Notes: generated by a model not told the origin, from the sequence alone. A stretch of DNA of 64,000 bases from Patescibacteria group bacterium (GCA_041651155.1 JBAZJU010000006.1:4638-68637); one strand, 5' to 3'. Shown: positions 19,666 to 28,924, counted from the stretch's first letter. Made by a program: numbers and translations.

Positions 19666-20484
19666 ATGCCCAATCATTATAAAATCTGCCTAATTCTTTC
19701 ATTATTTTTACTCTCAGCTACAGCTGCCTGGGCAGGTTTTAATTATGATTCGGCCAATAATAATTTTTTATTTGATTCAATCTTGAGGACAGAAGGCAAT
19801 TATTTGCTGGTCGGCAATGCCTTTAATGAAAATTTAAAAAAGCAAGATAATAGCATTTCCACTAATTTTTTGGCCGTTTCCAATAATTTAATATTTTTAA
19901 ACAGCGGTGATGCGAATAACATTGGCGGCCAATTCTCCAGCGGTTTGCGCCAAGTTAGCAAAAATAATTTTTCCAGCCAGGCCATTACAATTGACAACAG
20001 CCAAAATTTGCAATTAGAGCCGGTTGGCGGCGCGAAATCATTGAGCCTGGAAGCCAACCGCATTTTATTAAATCAAAATTTTAGGCTCAGGAGCGGTTTG
20101 GCTTTTGATGTCCGGAGCGTGAATCAGATTTCAAATAGGACAATTTATGTTGACAAAGTATTGGCCTCTGGTCTGCAAAATTTAACCGCGGATAATCCTT
20201 TGCAGATTTCCAATAGTACTGTCTTGAATATTCCGGCCACAGCCGGAGCTGTTACGGCTGATAAAATTACTTTTGGCGCCAAAGATTTATGCGTGGTTAA
20301 GACCTGGACAGTTGTTGATAATACTTTAAAGCAGGGCGTGGGCGTGGCAGATTCTCCTATTATCACAGCGGATTGTCCTCCCAATTATTTTGTATTTGAT
20401 CTGGATGCTTCAGCAGGCAAAATGGTCTGTTGCCAGGCAGCCAGCGGGCAATTGCAGCTTAGCCAAATCCAGCAAACACCTTAA
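19666..20484 (+). CDS. Secreted beta-rich hypothetical protein
   Basis: Signal peptide ending AWA; N/S-rich; DCPPNY...VCC near the C-terminus. Confidence 0.7.
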   Translation: MPNHYKICLILSLFLLSATAAWAGFNYDSANNNFLFDSILRTEGNYLLVGNAFNENLKKQDNSISTNFLAVSNNLIFLNSGDANNIGGQFSSGLRQVSKNNFSSQAITIDNSQNLQLEPVGGAKSLSLEANRILLNQNFRLRSGLAFDVRSVNQISNRTIYVDKVLASGLQNLTADNPLQISNSTVLNIPATAGAVTADKITFGAKDLCVVKTWTVVDNTLKQGVGVADSPIITADCPPNYFVFDLDASAGKMVCCQAASGQLQLSQIQQTP

Positions 20485-20501
20485 AAATAAAAAAACAGAT
20501 A

Positions 20502-20975
20502 ATGGACCAAGGCTTTAATTTTAAAATTAACAAGCAAGCTCAAAGCATAGAATTTACCATAAATACTGAAATTTATTCTTTGACAGCGATTTACAATGCC
20601 GCCTATTTATTTTTGGATAAGGCGTATGTTTTTTTAGATGGCGATCCGAAGGCAGAGATCATCGCAATATTTAAAAGGAAAGAAGGGCAAAAAGAGGAAA
20701 ATGGGAGAGAAGGCTTGGAAAAGATTGCCGGAGAATTTTATAATGAACTTTTAAATCAGCTGTTGCGGGAAAAAGTAAGCGAGTCAAATGCAAAAATCAG
20801 GGAATATGTGGTTTCAGCCGCGCTTTATAACGCTGTGCCCAATGAGGTGGATAAGCTTTTGCAGGAAGTTGAGGAGGAAGATTGGCAGGAAGATCCTTTA
20901 GGGATTGCAAAAACATGGGAGGATAATGAGAAGAGCAAAGAGGGTAAGAAGGGAGAAATGGGAAAATGGAAGTAA
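20502..20975 (+). CDS. hxsD: His-Xaa-Ser system protein HxsD
   Basis: IYSLTAIYNAAYLFLDKAYV...GEFYNELLNQLLREKV...IREYVVSAAL pattern; upstream of hxsB and an HxS-repeat peptide. Confidence 0.85.
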   Translation: MDQGFNFKINKQAQSIEFTINTEIYSLTAIYNAAYLFLDKAYVFLDGDPKAEIIAIFKRKEGQKEENGREGLEKIAGEFYNELLNQLLREKVSESNAKIREYVVSAALYNAVPNEVDKLLQEVEEEDWQEDPLGIAKTWEDNEKSKEGKKGEMGKWK

Positions 20976-21166
20976 TTAAGTTTAATAAAAAGATTTATAG
21001 TCTTGAAGCAATTGAAAAGGCGATTAATGAATTTAAAAATTTAGCTGAATTTAAGATAAAAGATGAGGCTGATTACTTTGAAGTGCAAATTGATAAAATT
21101 GATAATGAATATGAAGGTGTTTTGAAAGATGAATTTGGAAATTATGTATTGGGATTGATGAGCTGA
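20966..21166 (+). CDS. Short HxsD-like protein
   Basis: KIYSLEAIEKAI...DEFGNYVLGL parallels the HxsD N-terminal domain; overlaps the hxsD stop. Confidence 0.75.
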   Translation: MEVIKFNKKIYSLEAIEKAINEFKNLAEFKIKDEADYFEVQIDKIDNEYEGVLKDEFGNYVLGLMS

Positions 21167-21288
21167 TCTATAAGCACCAAAATTCAAATCCCAAATCACA
21201 AATAAATTTCAAAAATCAAATAACAAACCTTCGTCCCGCCCAGCGGGACTACGGTTTGCAAAGGCAAATAAAAAACAAAAACAAAAAT

Positions 21289-21636
21289 ATGGATAAGAAG
21301 TACGATTTAGAAGATCGCACCTTAGAGCTTGGAAAAGAAATAATTCGTTTATGTAAAACTTTACCTGCTAATACTATAAACTTTAGGCTAATAGATCAGT
21401 CTATTCGCTCTGGGACATCAGTTGGCGCCAATTATCGAGAAGCAAATGAAACTGACACAAAGAAAGATTTTAGATTTAAAATTAGAATTTGTTTAAGAGA
21501 AGCTAGGGAAACAATTTATTGGCTTGAGCTTATAAAAGAGGCTAACCAAAATTTTTCTGCCAGGATTGATAAATTGATTAGTGAGACAAGAGAAATAGTT
21601 AAGATTTTTGGTTCAATTTTGGAGAAATCTAAATAG
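21289..21636 (+). CDS. Four helix bundle protein (23S rRNA IVS-protein family)
   Basis: DLEDRT, DQSIRSGTSVGANYREA and EARETIYWLELI motifs; flanked by inverted heptamer-repeat tracts. Confidence 0.9.
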   Translation: MDKKYDLEDRTLELGKEIIRLCKTLPANTINFRLIDQSIRSGTSVGANYREANETDTKKDFRFKIRICLREARETIYWLELIKEANQNFSARIDKLISETREIVKIFGSILEKSK

Positions 21637-21737
21637 TTTGTGATTTGCTATCTGTGATTTGCTATTTATTTGAAGCTTGCAATTTGGTGCTTGGGATTTG
21701 AAACAAAGATTTAGGGGGTAAATTTTTTAAAATATTC

Positions 21738-23219
21738 ATGTTAGATTTACAAACCATCAACAATTTAGATACCAAGTCAGTAGGATATTTTCGATTTAAA
21801 CAGTTTGGCAATGAATATCTGCTGACTAATGAAACTGGGGAGTATGTTTTTTTACCTGAAAATAATTTCAAGGAATTTTTAACTGGAAAGCTAGATTCTA
21901 AAAGTGAAAATTTTCAGGAGTTACTAAACAAGTCGTTCCTTAAAGATAAAAATTATCTGGCGAATGCAGTTTTAAAGTATCGCGAGCGCTATCATTTTTT
22001 AAAATTCGGGCCGTCTTTGCATATTGTGGTTGTAACTTTAAGATGCAATCATAAGTGTATTTATTGCCATGCCAGCGCCGGTAGCAGCGAGGATAAAGGT
22101 TTAGACATGGATTTGGCAACTGCCAAGAAAGTAGTAGATACGATTTTTCTCACTACCAATGATGCGATTTGTATTGAGTTCCAGGGCGGAGAGCCGCTTC
22201 TAAATTGGCCGGTGGTTAAATTTATCATTTCTTACGCAGCGGAAAAAAATAAGCTGGAAAAGAAAAATTTAATTTTTAGGCTCGTGTCCAATTTTAGCTT
22301 GATGGATGAAGAAAAAATGAAGTTCCTGATGGACAATGAAGTTTACTTCTGCACTTCGCTTGACGGCGACGAGGAAACTCATAATTATAATCGCATTTAT
22401 ACGGAAGGCAATAGCTATCAGAACGCGGTCAACTGGATAAAAAAGATAAACGCCGAATACGAGGAAGTAAATAAGGGCAAGAAAAAAAATTATTATAGAG
22501 TAGGCGCCTTGATAACTGTGACCAAAAAAACACTGGCTAGTTACAAAGAAGTGATAGATACTTATCTTGAGCTTGGCTTTAAAAGCATTTATCTGCGCTA
22601 TTTATATCCTTATGGCTTTGCCAGGCAAGCCAAAGAAAAAATTTGGTACACAGTAGATGAGTATGTTGACTTTTATAAAAAATCTCTTGATTATATTTTA
22701 GCCAAAAATTATCAGGGCCAGCTTTTTTACGAGAACATGGCCGCGACTTATTTGCGCAAGATTTTAGACCAGGAGGAGCCTCATAATCTGGATATGCGTT
22801 CGCCCTGCGGCGCGGTCATCGGCCAATTATCTTACAATTACAATGGTGATGTGTACACTTGTGATGATTCCAGGTCTCTTTCCAGACTAGGTGATGAAAC
22901 ATTTAAACTGGGCAATATTAAGCAAAATACTTTTAGCGAGCTGGTAAATAACAGTTTATGCAAATCAATGTGCGTTGCCTCATGCACCAATGGCTTGCCT
23001 GGCCATAATGAGAGCGTTTACCAGCCATATTGGGGAGCCTGTCCGGTCTACAATTATTGTCTTTCCGGCAATATATTCCCGGCCATGAAGGAAAATTTTA
23101 AATGGCAAATTGATGAGCAAATTCTTGATTATATTTTTGAAAAATTAAAAGATAAAAAAAATAAGGATATTTTTAAGGAATGGTGCAAAGCTTCACGGCC
23201 GAGAGCGAAATATGAATAA
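21738..23219 (+). CDS. hxsB: His-Xaa-Ser system radical SAM maturase HxsB
   Basis: LHIVVVTLRCNHKCIYC, IEFQGGEPLLN, TSLDG and RSPCGA...YNYNGDVYTCD motifs; context with hxsD and the precursor. Confidence 0.92.
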   Translation: MLDLQTINNLDTKSVGYFRFKQFGNEYLLTNETGEYVFLPENNFKEFLTGKLDSKSENFQELLNKSFLKDKNYLANAVLKYRERYHFLKFGPSLHIVVVTLRCNHKCIYCHASAGSSEDKGLDMDLATAKKVVDTIFLTTNDAICIEFQGGEPLLNWPVVKFIISYAAEKNKLEKKNLIFRLVSNFSLMDEEKMKFLMDNEVYFCTSLDGDEETHNYNRIYTEGNSYQNAVNWIKKINAEYEEVNKGKKKNYYRVGALITVTKKTLASYKEVIDTYLELGFKSIYLRYLYPYGFARQAKEKIWYTVDEYVDFYKKSLDYILAKNYQGQLFYENMAATYLRKILDQEEPHNLDMRSPCGAVIGQLSYNYNGDVYTCDDSRSLSRLGDETFKLGNIKQNTFSELVNNSLCKSMCVASCTNGLPGHNESVYQPYWGACPVYNYCLSGNIFPAMKENFKWQIDEQILDYIFEKLKDKKNKDIFKEWCKASRPRAKYE

Positions 23220-23300
23220 CTATAACTTTGGTTGTATTTTACGTTTAAAATCGCACAATGCTTTAAAATTTAATAAAAAGATAGTATAATAAAGATAACT

Positions 23301-23801
23301 ATGCTAAACAAACTGCCAAAACTAAAGAAAAAATTTCAGGAATTTCTTAATGATGAAGAAGGCAAGATAACTAAAAAAGATATTATCATGCTTGGCATTG
23401 GCGCAAGCGCGCTTGGCATCATGGCCGAAGGAATCAATGCTGCTCATGCTGCTACGCCCACTTGTAGCGCAGGTGGTGGAGTTTATACCTCACCGCCAAA
23501 TTATGTTCAATGCAATGAAGGTTGGGCAGGAAGTTCAGGCTGCGGACCTCATGATTGCAACGGCGGTGGCTCGGGCTCAACTACCAATCTATGCCAAAAT
23601 AATTTGTCATACCCTTTGGGTTCTTGCACTAATACCCCCGGAGCTATTTGCGGGGTGGATATAGGAGATACTCATTTCGGCCATAATAATTTTGTTCATA
23701 ATGAAGGAGTAGTCGGTTCTCATTGCTCACACGGCTCTCATGGCTCTCACGGCTCACACGGCTCTCATGGCTCTCATGGCTCTCATGGGTTTGCCGGTTA
23801 A
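23301..23801 (+). CDS. hxsA: His-Xaa-Ser repeat precursor peptide (HxsA-like)
   Basis: Ends in HCS-(HGS)6-HGFAG; Gly/Ser-rich core with 8 Cys; basic leader with FLNDEEG followed by a hydrophobic stretch. Confidence 0.88.
   Translation: MLNKLPKLKKKFQEFLNDEEGKITKKDIIMLGIGASALGIMAEGINAAHAATPTCSAGGGVYTSPPNYVQCNEGWAGSSGCGPHDCNGGGSGSTTNLCQNNLSYPLGSCTNTPGAICGVDIGDTHFGHNNFVHNEGVVGSHCSHGSHGSHGSHGSHGSHGSHGFAG
23721..23789 (+). repeat. 9-bp coding tandem repeat (CAYGGCTCW) encoding His-Gly-Ser
   Basis: cat tgc tca (cay ggc tcw)x6 cat ggg. Confidence 0.95.
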
Positions 23802-23811
23802 ATTATATTTT

Positions 23812-24648
23812 ATGAAAAAAATAATTTTGATATTAGCGATAATAGCCTTATTAATAATTGTTGGTGTAGTTATTTTTTTTATTTATCTCAAAGCACCAGC
23901 GCGGCCAACAAATGTAAATCAGCCAGTGGCGGTTGCCAAAGAAAAAATTATTGGTAATTTTTCATTATTTCTTAATGAGCTAATAAATGTACAAAAAGTA
24001 CAGCCAGTTGCACTCACACCAATATTGGAATACTTAAGTTTTTGTGAATTTAAAAATAATAACATCTCTTTTGATCAGCAATGCATTAAGACCAATGAAA
24101 CATATTATGGCGTAAAAAATAGCTCTGCCGATTGCACCATTAAAGATGGAGATTTTGCTGAAATTGATTTTATCAAAAAAGGAGAACAAGACAATTTTTT
24201 GAAAATTTGCCAAGAATATATTTCTGCTCTTAATACCTATTACAATAATAATTCTCAAGAAAAAACAAGTTTAAACGCCCAAAGGTTTTATCAGTTTTAT
24301 AATGATTGTAATTTGCTTTGGGATAATAAGCTATATGGCGATAACGAATATTGTGATGCTGGAGATAATTGCTATGCAATCTTGCTGCCAGAGGACCAAA
24401 ATTGTCCTAATAAAATAAAGATTGATACCGTCAGTCTTGATAGCATTAAAACGGTTCAATGCCAAACTCAAGTCGGCTTTAGAAGAGCCAGCCAAAAATC
24501 AGATTGTCTGAACATCAAGAATTTAATGGCTCGGCTCTTTTGCCTTGACGCATTTGACAATAATCTTTGCTCAGAAGTCACAGCCAGCGTGGAAAATTTA
24601 AAATTACAAGATTTTGTGACAAAATATCAATTACAAACTGCCCAGTAA
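23812..24648 (+). CDS. Membrane-anchored Cys-rich hypothetical protein in the Hxs cluster
   Basis: Start moved to ATG 23812 (MKKIILILAII...); N-terminal TM and about 12 Cys. Confidence 0.75.
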   Translation: MKKIILILAIIALLIIVGVVIFFIYLKAPARPTNVNQPVAVAKEKIIGNFSLFLNELINVQKVQPVALTPILEYLSFCEFKNNNISFDQQCIKTNETYYGVKNSSADCTIKDGDFAEIDFIKKGEQDNFLKICQEYISALNTYYNNNSQEKTSLNAQRFYQFYNDCNLLWDNKLYGDNEYCDAGDNCYAILLPEDQNCPNKIKIDTVSLDSIKTVQCQTQVGFRRASQKSDCLNIKNLMARLFCLDAFDNNLCSEVTASVENLKLQDFVTKYQLQTAQ

Positions 24649-24741
24649 ATTATGTAAAATTTTACCGATAGGCCATTGCCAAAATGGCTTATTTTTTTTA
24701 TTATTAAGTAACAATGGGGTGAAAAAGCCTTTGGTTTAATT

Positions 24742-25881
24742 ATGGCAAAAACGCTTAAAAACGATAAATTTTGGCTATCAATCAGCACCAGATGCAATAA
24801 TCAGTGCCTTTTTTGCCATGATAAGGAAAATCAGGTAAACGGACGTTTTTTTACATTGGCAGAGGTTCAAGATAAGATTGAACAGGCAAAAAAAGAAGGT
24901 TACAAGCGTTTGATTTTAAGCGGCGGGGAAGCTTCAATTAATCCTGATTTTTTGAAAATAGTCAGATATGCTCACGATTTAGGCTTTAAAGAAATCCAGA
25001 CAATCACTAATGGCCGCTATTTTTATTATTCCAAATTTGCCGCTGAGGCGATTAAAGCCGGTCTGACTGAAATAACTTTTTCTCTGCACGGCCATAACGA
25101 AGAACTGCACGAGGAATTTACCGGAGTTAAGGGTTCTTTTCAGCAGGCTTTAACTGGCCTGGCTAATGTCAGAAAATATCCGCAAATAATTGTTAATATT
25201 GATATAGTGATTAATAAATTGAATTACCCAAAGTTATATGACATAATTCAGTTTTATGCCCAGAATTTCGGGGTCTATGAATTTGATCTTTTACAAGTTG
25301 TCCCTTTTGGCCAAGCCTGGGAAAATCGTGATAAATTATTTTATGATTTTAATGATGCTTTGCCTTATCTGAACAAAGTGTGGGAGCTGGCAAAAAATGA
25401 CCAGAGATTTCATATCTGGACCAATCGTTTCCCGGCGCAATATCTGGAGGGTTATGAATTTTTGATTCAGGATCCGTATAAATATTTTGACGATGTTTTG
25501 GGACGCAAAAAAATGTTTGCGGAATTTATAAATGAAAATAAATTAATGCCTTGTTTTAATCCGGAGCGTTGCAAATCGTGCAACCTAAACGATTTTTGCC
25601 AGAAATTAATTAATTTAACAAAAGGAGATTTGTCAGACAAATTAATGAAATTAACAATGCCGCCTGTTTGTCTTGATTTGCCCCGCGATAATTATGAGAT
25701 TAATTTTTTGAATGCGCAAGGCAGAATCAATTTGGAAAAATTTGTGGATTTTTATATTAATAATTTGTACAACCTTAAATCTTTACGTTGCGATGATTGT
25801 AATAAATTTAAAGATTGTAACGGATTGAATATTAATTTAATTAAGGAAAAGGGTTTTAAAGTTTTAAAGCCAATATCATGA
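24742..25881 (+). CDS. Radical SAM protein, HxsC-like (1 of 6)
   Basis: CNNQCLFC, LSGGE, TITNG, SLHG; two C-terminal CxxCx5C motifs. Confidence 0.88.
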   Translation: MAKTLKNDKFWLSISTRCNNQCLFCHDKENQVNGRFFTLAEVQDKIEQAKKEGYKRLILSGGEASINPDFLKIVRYAHDLGFKEIQTITNGRYFYYSKFAAEAIKAGLTEITFSLHGHNEELHEEFTGVKGSFQQALTGLANVRKYPQIIVNIDIVINKLNYPKLYDIIQFYAQNFGVYEFDLLQVVPFGQAWENRDKLFYDFNDALPYLNKVWELAKNDQRFHIWTNRFPAQYLEGYEFLIQDPYKYFDDVLGRKKMFAEFINENKLMPCFNPERCKSCNLNDFCQKLINLTKGDLSDKLMKLTMPPVCLDLPRDNYEINFLNAQGRINLEKFVDFYINNLYNLKSLRCDDCNKFKDCNGLNINLIKEKGFKVLKPIS

Positions 25882-25884
25882 CCA

Positions 25885-25991
25885 GGGCGAGAACGCCCTT
25901 TTGTCATTCCGAATGAAGTGAGGAATCTATTACTTCCAGGATTCTTCGCTTCGCTCTGAATGACAGTGAAGACAAAAGGGCGTTTTCGCCC
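25885..25991. repeat. Palindromic REP/MITE-like element (GTCATTC...GAATGAC core), copy 2
   Basis: Outer IR GGGCGAGAACGCCCTTTTGTC..GACAAAAGGGCGTTTTCGCCC; homologous to 15825-15926. Confidence 0.75.
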
Positions 25992-26004
25992 GACAATTAA
26001 TTCT

Positions 26005-26940
26005 ATGGCTAATCTAGGCTACATCCAATTAAACAGAACCTGTAATCAAAAATGCCTTTTTTGTTCTAATCCAGAAAACGGCAATGTTTTGGATTTAGCT
26101 CAAGTCAAATTTTATATTGATGATTTTGCGAATAAAAATTATCAGGGCGTAATTTTAACCGGCGGCGAGCCGACTTTAAATGCAGATTTAGAAAAAGTAA
26201 TTAGTTATGCCAAGTCCAAAGGTTTGGAAGTAAGGATAATTACCAATGGCCAAAAAACAGCTGACTTAGAATATCTAAAGAAACTAAAAAATGTCGGCTT
26301 GGATTTAATTCATGTTTCAGTGCAGTCTTATGACCCGAAAATCCAGGATTATCTGAGCCAAAATCCAGGTTCATTAAAAAATATCCTAAAAACTTTGGTT
26401 AATGCTTGGCGCCTGAATTTGCCTGTAAATATAAATACAGTGATCAATAGTTTTAATGCCAAAAGCCTGGATAAAAATATTAAATTTTTTCTGGTTAAAT
26501 TTCCAGAAATTAATCATTTTGTTTTTAATAATCTAGATCCTGAAATGAATCGGGTAGAGCAAAATAAATTTGTGGTGCCAAGATTAATTGATTTCAAGGA
26601 ATCTTTAAAAAGAGCTTTTGAATCGTTAAGTAAATTTGGCAAAACTTTCCGGGCAGAAAGAGTGCCTTTATGCTATATGGCTGAATATGGAGAATTTTCC
26701 ACCGAAACCAGAAAAATAGTTAAAAATGAAGAAAGAAGCATTTTATTTCTGGATGATAGAAAAGATCCTTATAGCATCCAAAAAAATTTTTATTATAAAA
26801 AAGCAAAACAGTGCGGCCAATGCAGCCTGAATGATATTTGCGCGGGTCTGTATGCCATGGATACGTATTTTGACAGTAGGGAATTGGAGCCGCAGCTGAT
26901 TGATAAGCAACTCATTATTAATAAAATTAAAAATGAATAA
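26005..26940 (+). CDS. Radical SAM protein, HxsC-like (2 of 6)
   Basis: CNQKCLFC, TGGEPT, VPLC and CGQCSLNDICAG; start moved to ATG 26005 because the upstream extension runs through a repeat. Confidence 0.88.
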   Translation: MANLGYIQLNRTCNQKCLFCSNPENGNVLDLAQVKFYIDDFANKNYQGVILTGGEPTLNADLEKVISYAKSKGLEVRIITNGQKTADLEYLKKLKNVGLDLIHVSVQSYDPKIQDYLSQNPGSLKNILKTLVNAWRLNLPVNINTVINSFNAKSLDKNIKFFLVKFPEINHFVFNNLDPEMNRVEQNKFVVPRLIDFKESLKRAFESLSKFGKTFRAERVPLCYMAEYGEFSTETRKIVKNEERSILFLDDRKDPYSIQKNFYYKKAKQCGQCSLNDICAGLYAMDTYFDSRELEPQLIDKQLIINKIKNE

Positions 26941-27814
26941 GCGGGTGGAAATTTATATTGGTTTTAAATGCAATAATGATTGTGTTTTTTGCGTTGAAAG
27001 AAATATCCGCCTGCAAAATAAAGATAAAATTTTATACTCCGATCTGACTGCAATTGTCAATAAAATTAAGGATTTGAAAAATCAAGGCTATGGCCATATT
27101 AATTTTTTGGGCGGGGAGCCATTTTTGGAAAAAAACTTTTTGCCTTTTTTGCAGGCCGCTAAACAAAATGGCCTGTCCACCGCAGTCACCACCAATGGCA
27201 GCCTGCTTAGCAATGAAGAAATCGCCAAGTCACATTTGCCTTTGCTTGATGATTTGATTATCTCTATTCATGGCCACAATGAAGAACTGATAAGCCAGCA
27301 ATCAAAAAATCCCGGTTTGTTTAAAAGTTTGCTTGAGGCTTTTGCTAATATAAAAAAATATTTTCAAGGCAGACTGCTTAAAGCCAATTGCGTAATAAAT
27401 AAATTAAATTATAAAGATCTGCCGGAAATTATTGAGTTTATTTGTACTAACGGCATCCACGAAATTAGCCTGACAAATATGTCTCTCAAAGGTTACAATA
27501 ATGAATATGTTGTGCCTTTGAGCGAACTAAAAAAAGTTATACCCAAAATCGCAGATTATGCCAAAGAAAATAATTTGGTTCTTCGTTTTTCTGATTTGCC
27601 CTTTTGTATTTTGGGGGATAATTATTATCTGACTAATGAAATTTTTGCCGATGAGCGCGTTAAATATAATGCGGCCAATAAAGAGGAAAGTTTTTGGCGG
27701 CCCAAGCTTAAAACCGAAAAATGTAATGAGTGCAAGCTCAAGGATCTATGCATGGGAATTGATTTAGAATATTATAAATTATTTGGGGATTGTGAATTGA
27801 ATTCGGTAATATGA
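26933..27814 (+). CDS. Radical SAM protein, HxsC-like (3 of 6)
   Basis: CNNDCVFC, LGGEP, LPFC and CNECKLKDLCMG; ATG overlaps the previous stop. Confidence 0.88.
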   Translation: MNKRVEIYIGFKCNNDCVFCVERNIRLQNKDKILYSDLTAIVNKIKDLKNQGYGHINFLGGEPFLEKNFLPFLQAAKQNGLSTAVTTNGSLLSNEEIAKSHLPLLDDLIISIHGHNEELISQQSKNPGLFKSLLEAFANIKKYFQGRLLKANCVINKLNYKDLPEIIEFICTNGIHEISLTNMSLKGYNNEYVVPLSELKKVIPKIADYAKENNLVLRFSDLPFCILGDNYYLTNEIFADERVKYNAANKEESFWRPKLKTEKCNECKLKDLCMGIDLEYYKLFGDCELNSVI

Positions 27815-27986
27815 AATTTTTTGTATTTTTGGATCTCCGCCTTTTGATTCTAGACAAAATTACAAATTAGCTACAAATTTAACAAAACAATAACTAGAAA
27901 AAGTCTTTTTGTATGTTTTGTATAAAAATTCGTAATTTTGTAGGAGTCAACCATTTTATACCCCACCTAAAGTTAAATATACCGAT

Positions 27987-28883
27987 ATGAGAAACATTGA
28001 GATTAACATTGGCAATAGCTGCAATAATGAATGTCTTTTTTGTATGGTGGACCACTCCAGCCGTGGTTTTGTTGCTTATAAAACAATTGAAAAAGAGATT
28101 ATCAGGGCAAAACAAAATGGTTTTGAGTCCATTGGTTTTTTAGGCGGGGAATTTACCTTGCATCCTGAGGTTTTAAAAATTGTAAAACTAGCCAAGATTT
28201 TAGGTTTTAAGATTATTCACATCATTAGTAATGGCCGTAAATATCAAGATGAGAATTTTGTCAAACAACTAATTAATAATGGCGTTAATCGCTTCTCAGT
28301 TTCAATCCATAGCCATAAGATGGAAGTTGAAGATTATTTAACGCAAAGGCCGGGAGGATTTGCAGAAAAAATTCAGGGCTTGAAAAATTTGGTAAAAATG
28401 AATCAGCCTGTTTCAGCTAATTTAGTCATCAACAACTTGAATTATCAGGATATTGCGGAAACTTTAAATTTTTTAAACGGGCTAGGAATTATTGATTTTC
28501 GTTTGAATTTTATCTGGTTGCATGGCCGGGCTTTAGCTAACCAAAATTTATTTCTTAAATTTAATGACTTTTTGCCTTTGGTGGATAAAATTATTAATCT
28601 GGCAAAAGAGAAAAATCTTACCATTGCTTTTGAAGGAATACCCGCTTGTTTAATTAAAGATAACAATAAATTGGATTACATCGGCGAATTAAGAGATTTA
28701 AAAACAGAAGTGGTAGCTTTTAATAATCCGCAAAAAGAAAGAGAAAATTTTAATTGGCAGGAAAGGAAGACCAATGAATTTAAAATTAAGCATGAAAAAT
28801 GCCTGGAGTGCGTTTATAATAATTCTTGCGAGGGTGTATGGAGAGATTATATTAACTTCTTTGGCTGGAAGGAATTTTTTTAA
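27987..28883 (+). CDS. Radical SAM protein, HxsC-like (4 of 6)
   Basis: CNNECLFC, LGGE, IPAC and CLECVYNNSCEG. Confidence 0.88.
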   Translation: MRNIEINIGNSCNNECLFCMVDHSSRGFVAYKTIEKEIIRAKQNGFESIGFLGGEFTLHPEVLKIVKLAKILGFKIIHIISNGRKYQDENFVKQLINNGVNRFSVSIHSHKMEVEDYLTQRPGGFAEKIQGLKNLVKMNQPVSANLVINNLNYQDIAETLNFLNGLGIIDFRLNFIWLHGRALANQNLFLKFNDFLPLVDKIINLAKEKNLTIAFEGIPACLIKDNNKLDYIGELRDLKTEVVAFNNPQKERENFNWQERKTNEFKIKHEKCLECVYNNSCEGVWRDYINFFGWKEFF

Positions 28884-28890
28884 ATATCAA

Positions 28891-28924
28891 TCCGAAGAAG
28901 CGATTGGCCAATCGCTTCTTCGGA
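28891..28924. repeat. Perfect 34-bp palindrome
   Basis: TCCGAAGAAGCGATTGG|CCAATCGCTTCTTCGGA with no spacer. Confidence 0.95.

Noticed and set aside
21289-21636. Four-helix-bundle gene as the DGR accessory protein Avd
   Set aside because: Motifs match the generic 23S rRNA IVS-protein family; it is 17 kb from the putative target with no adjacent RT or template repeat.
23721-23789. Tandem repeat as a CRISPR array or VNTR
   Set aside because: 9-bp coding repeat with synonymous variation and no spacers; no cas genes or repeat-spacer arrays were seen in the window.
23392-23811. ORF 23392-23664 and the N-terminal extension of ORF 23740
   Set aside because: Alternative-frame shadows of the HxS precursor; MALMALM is simply the HGS repeat read in another frame.
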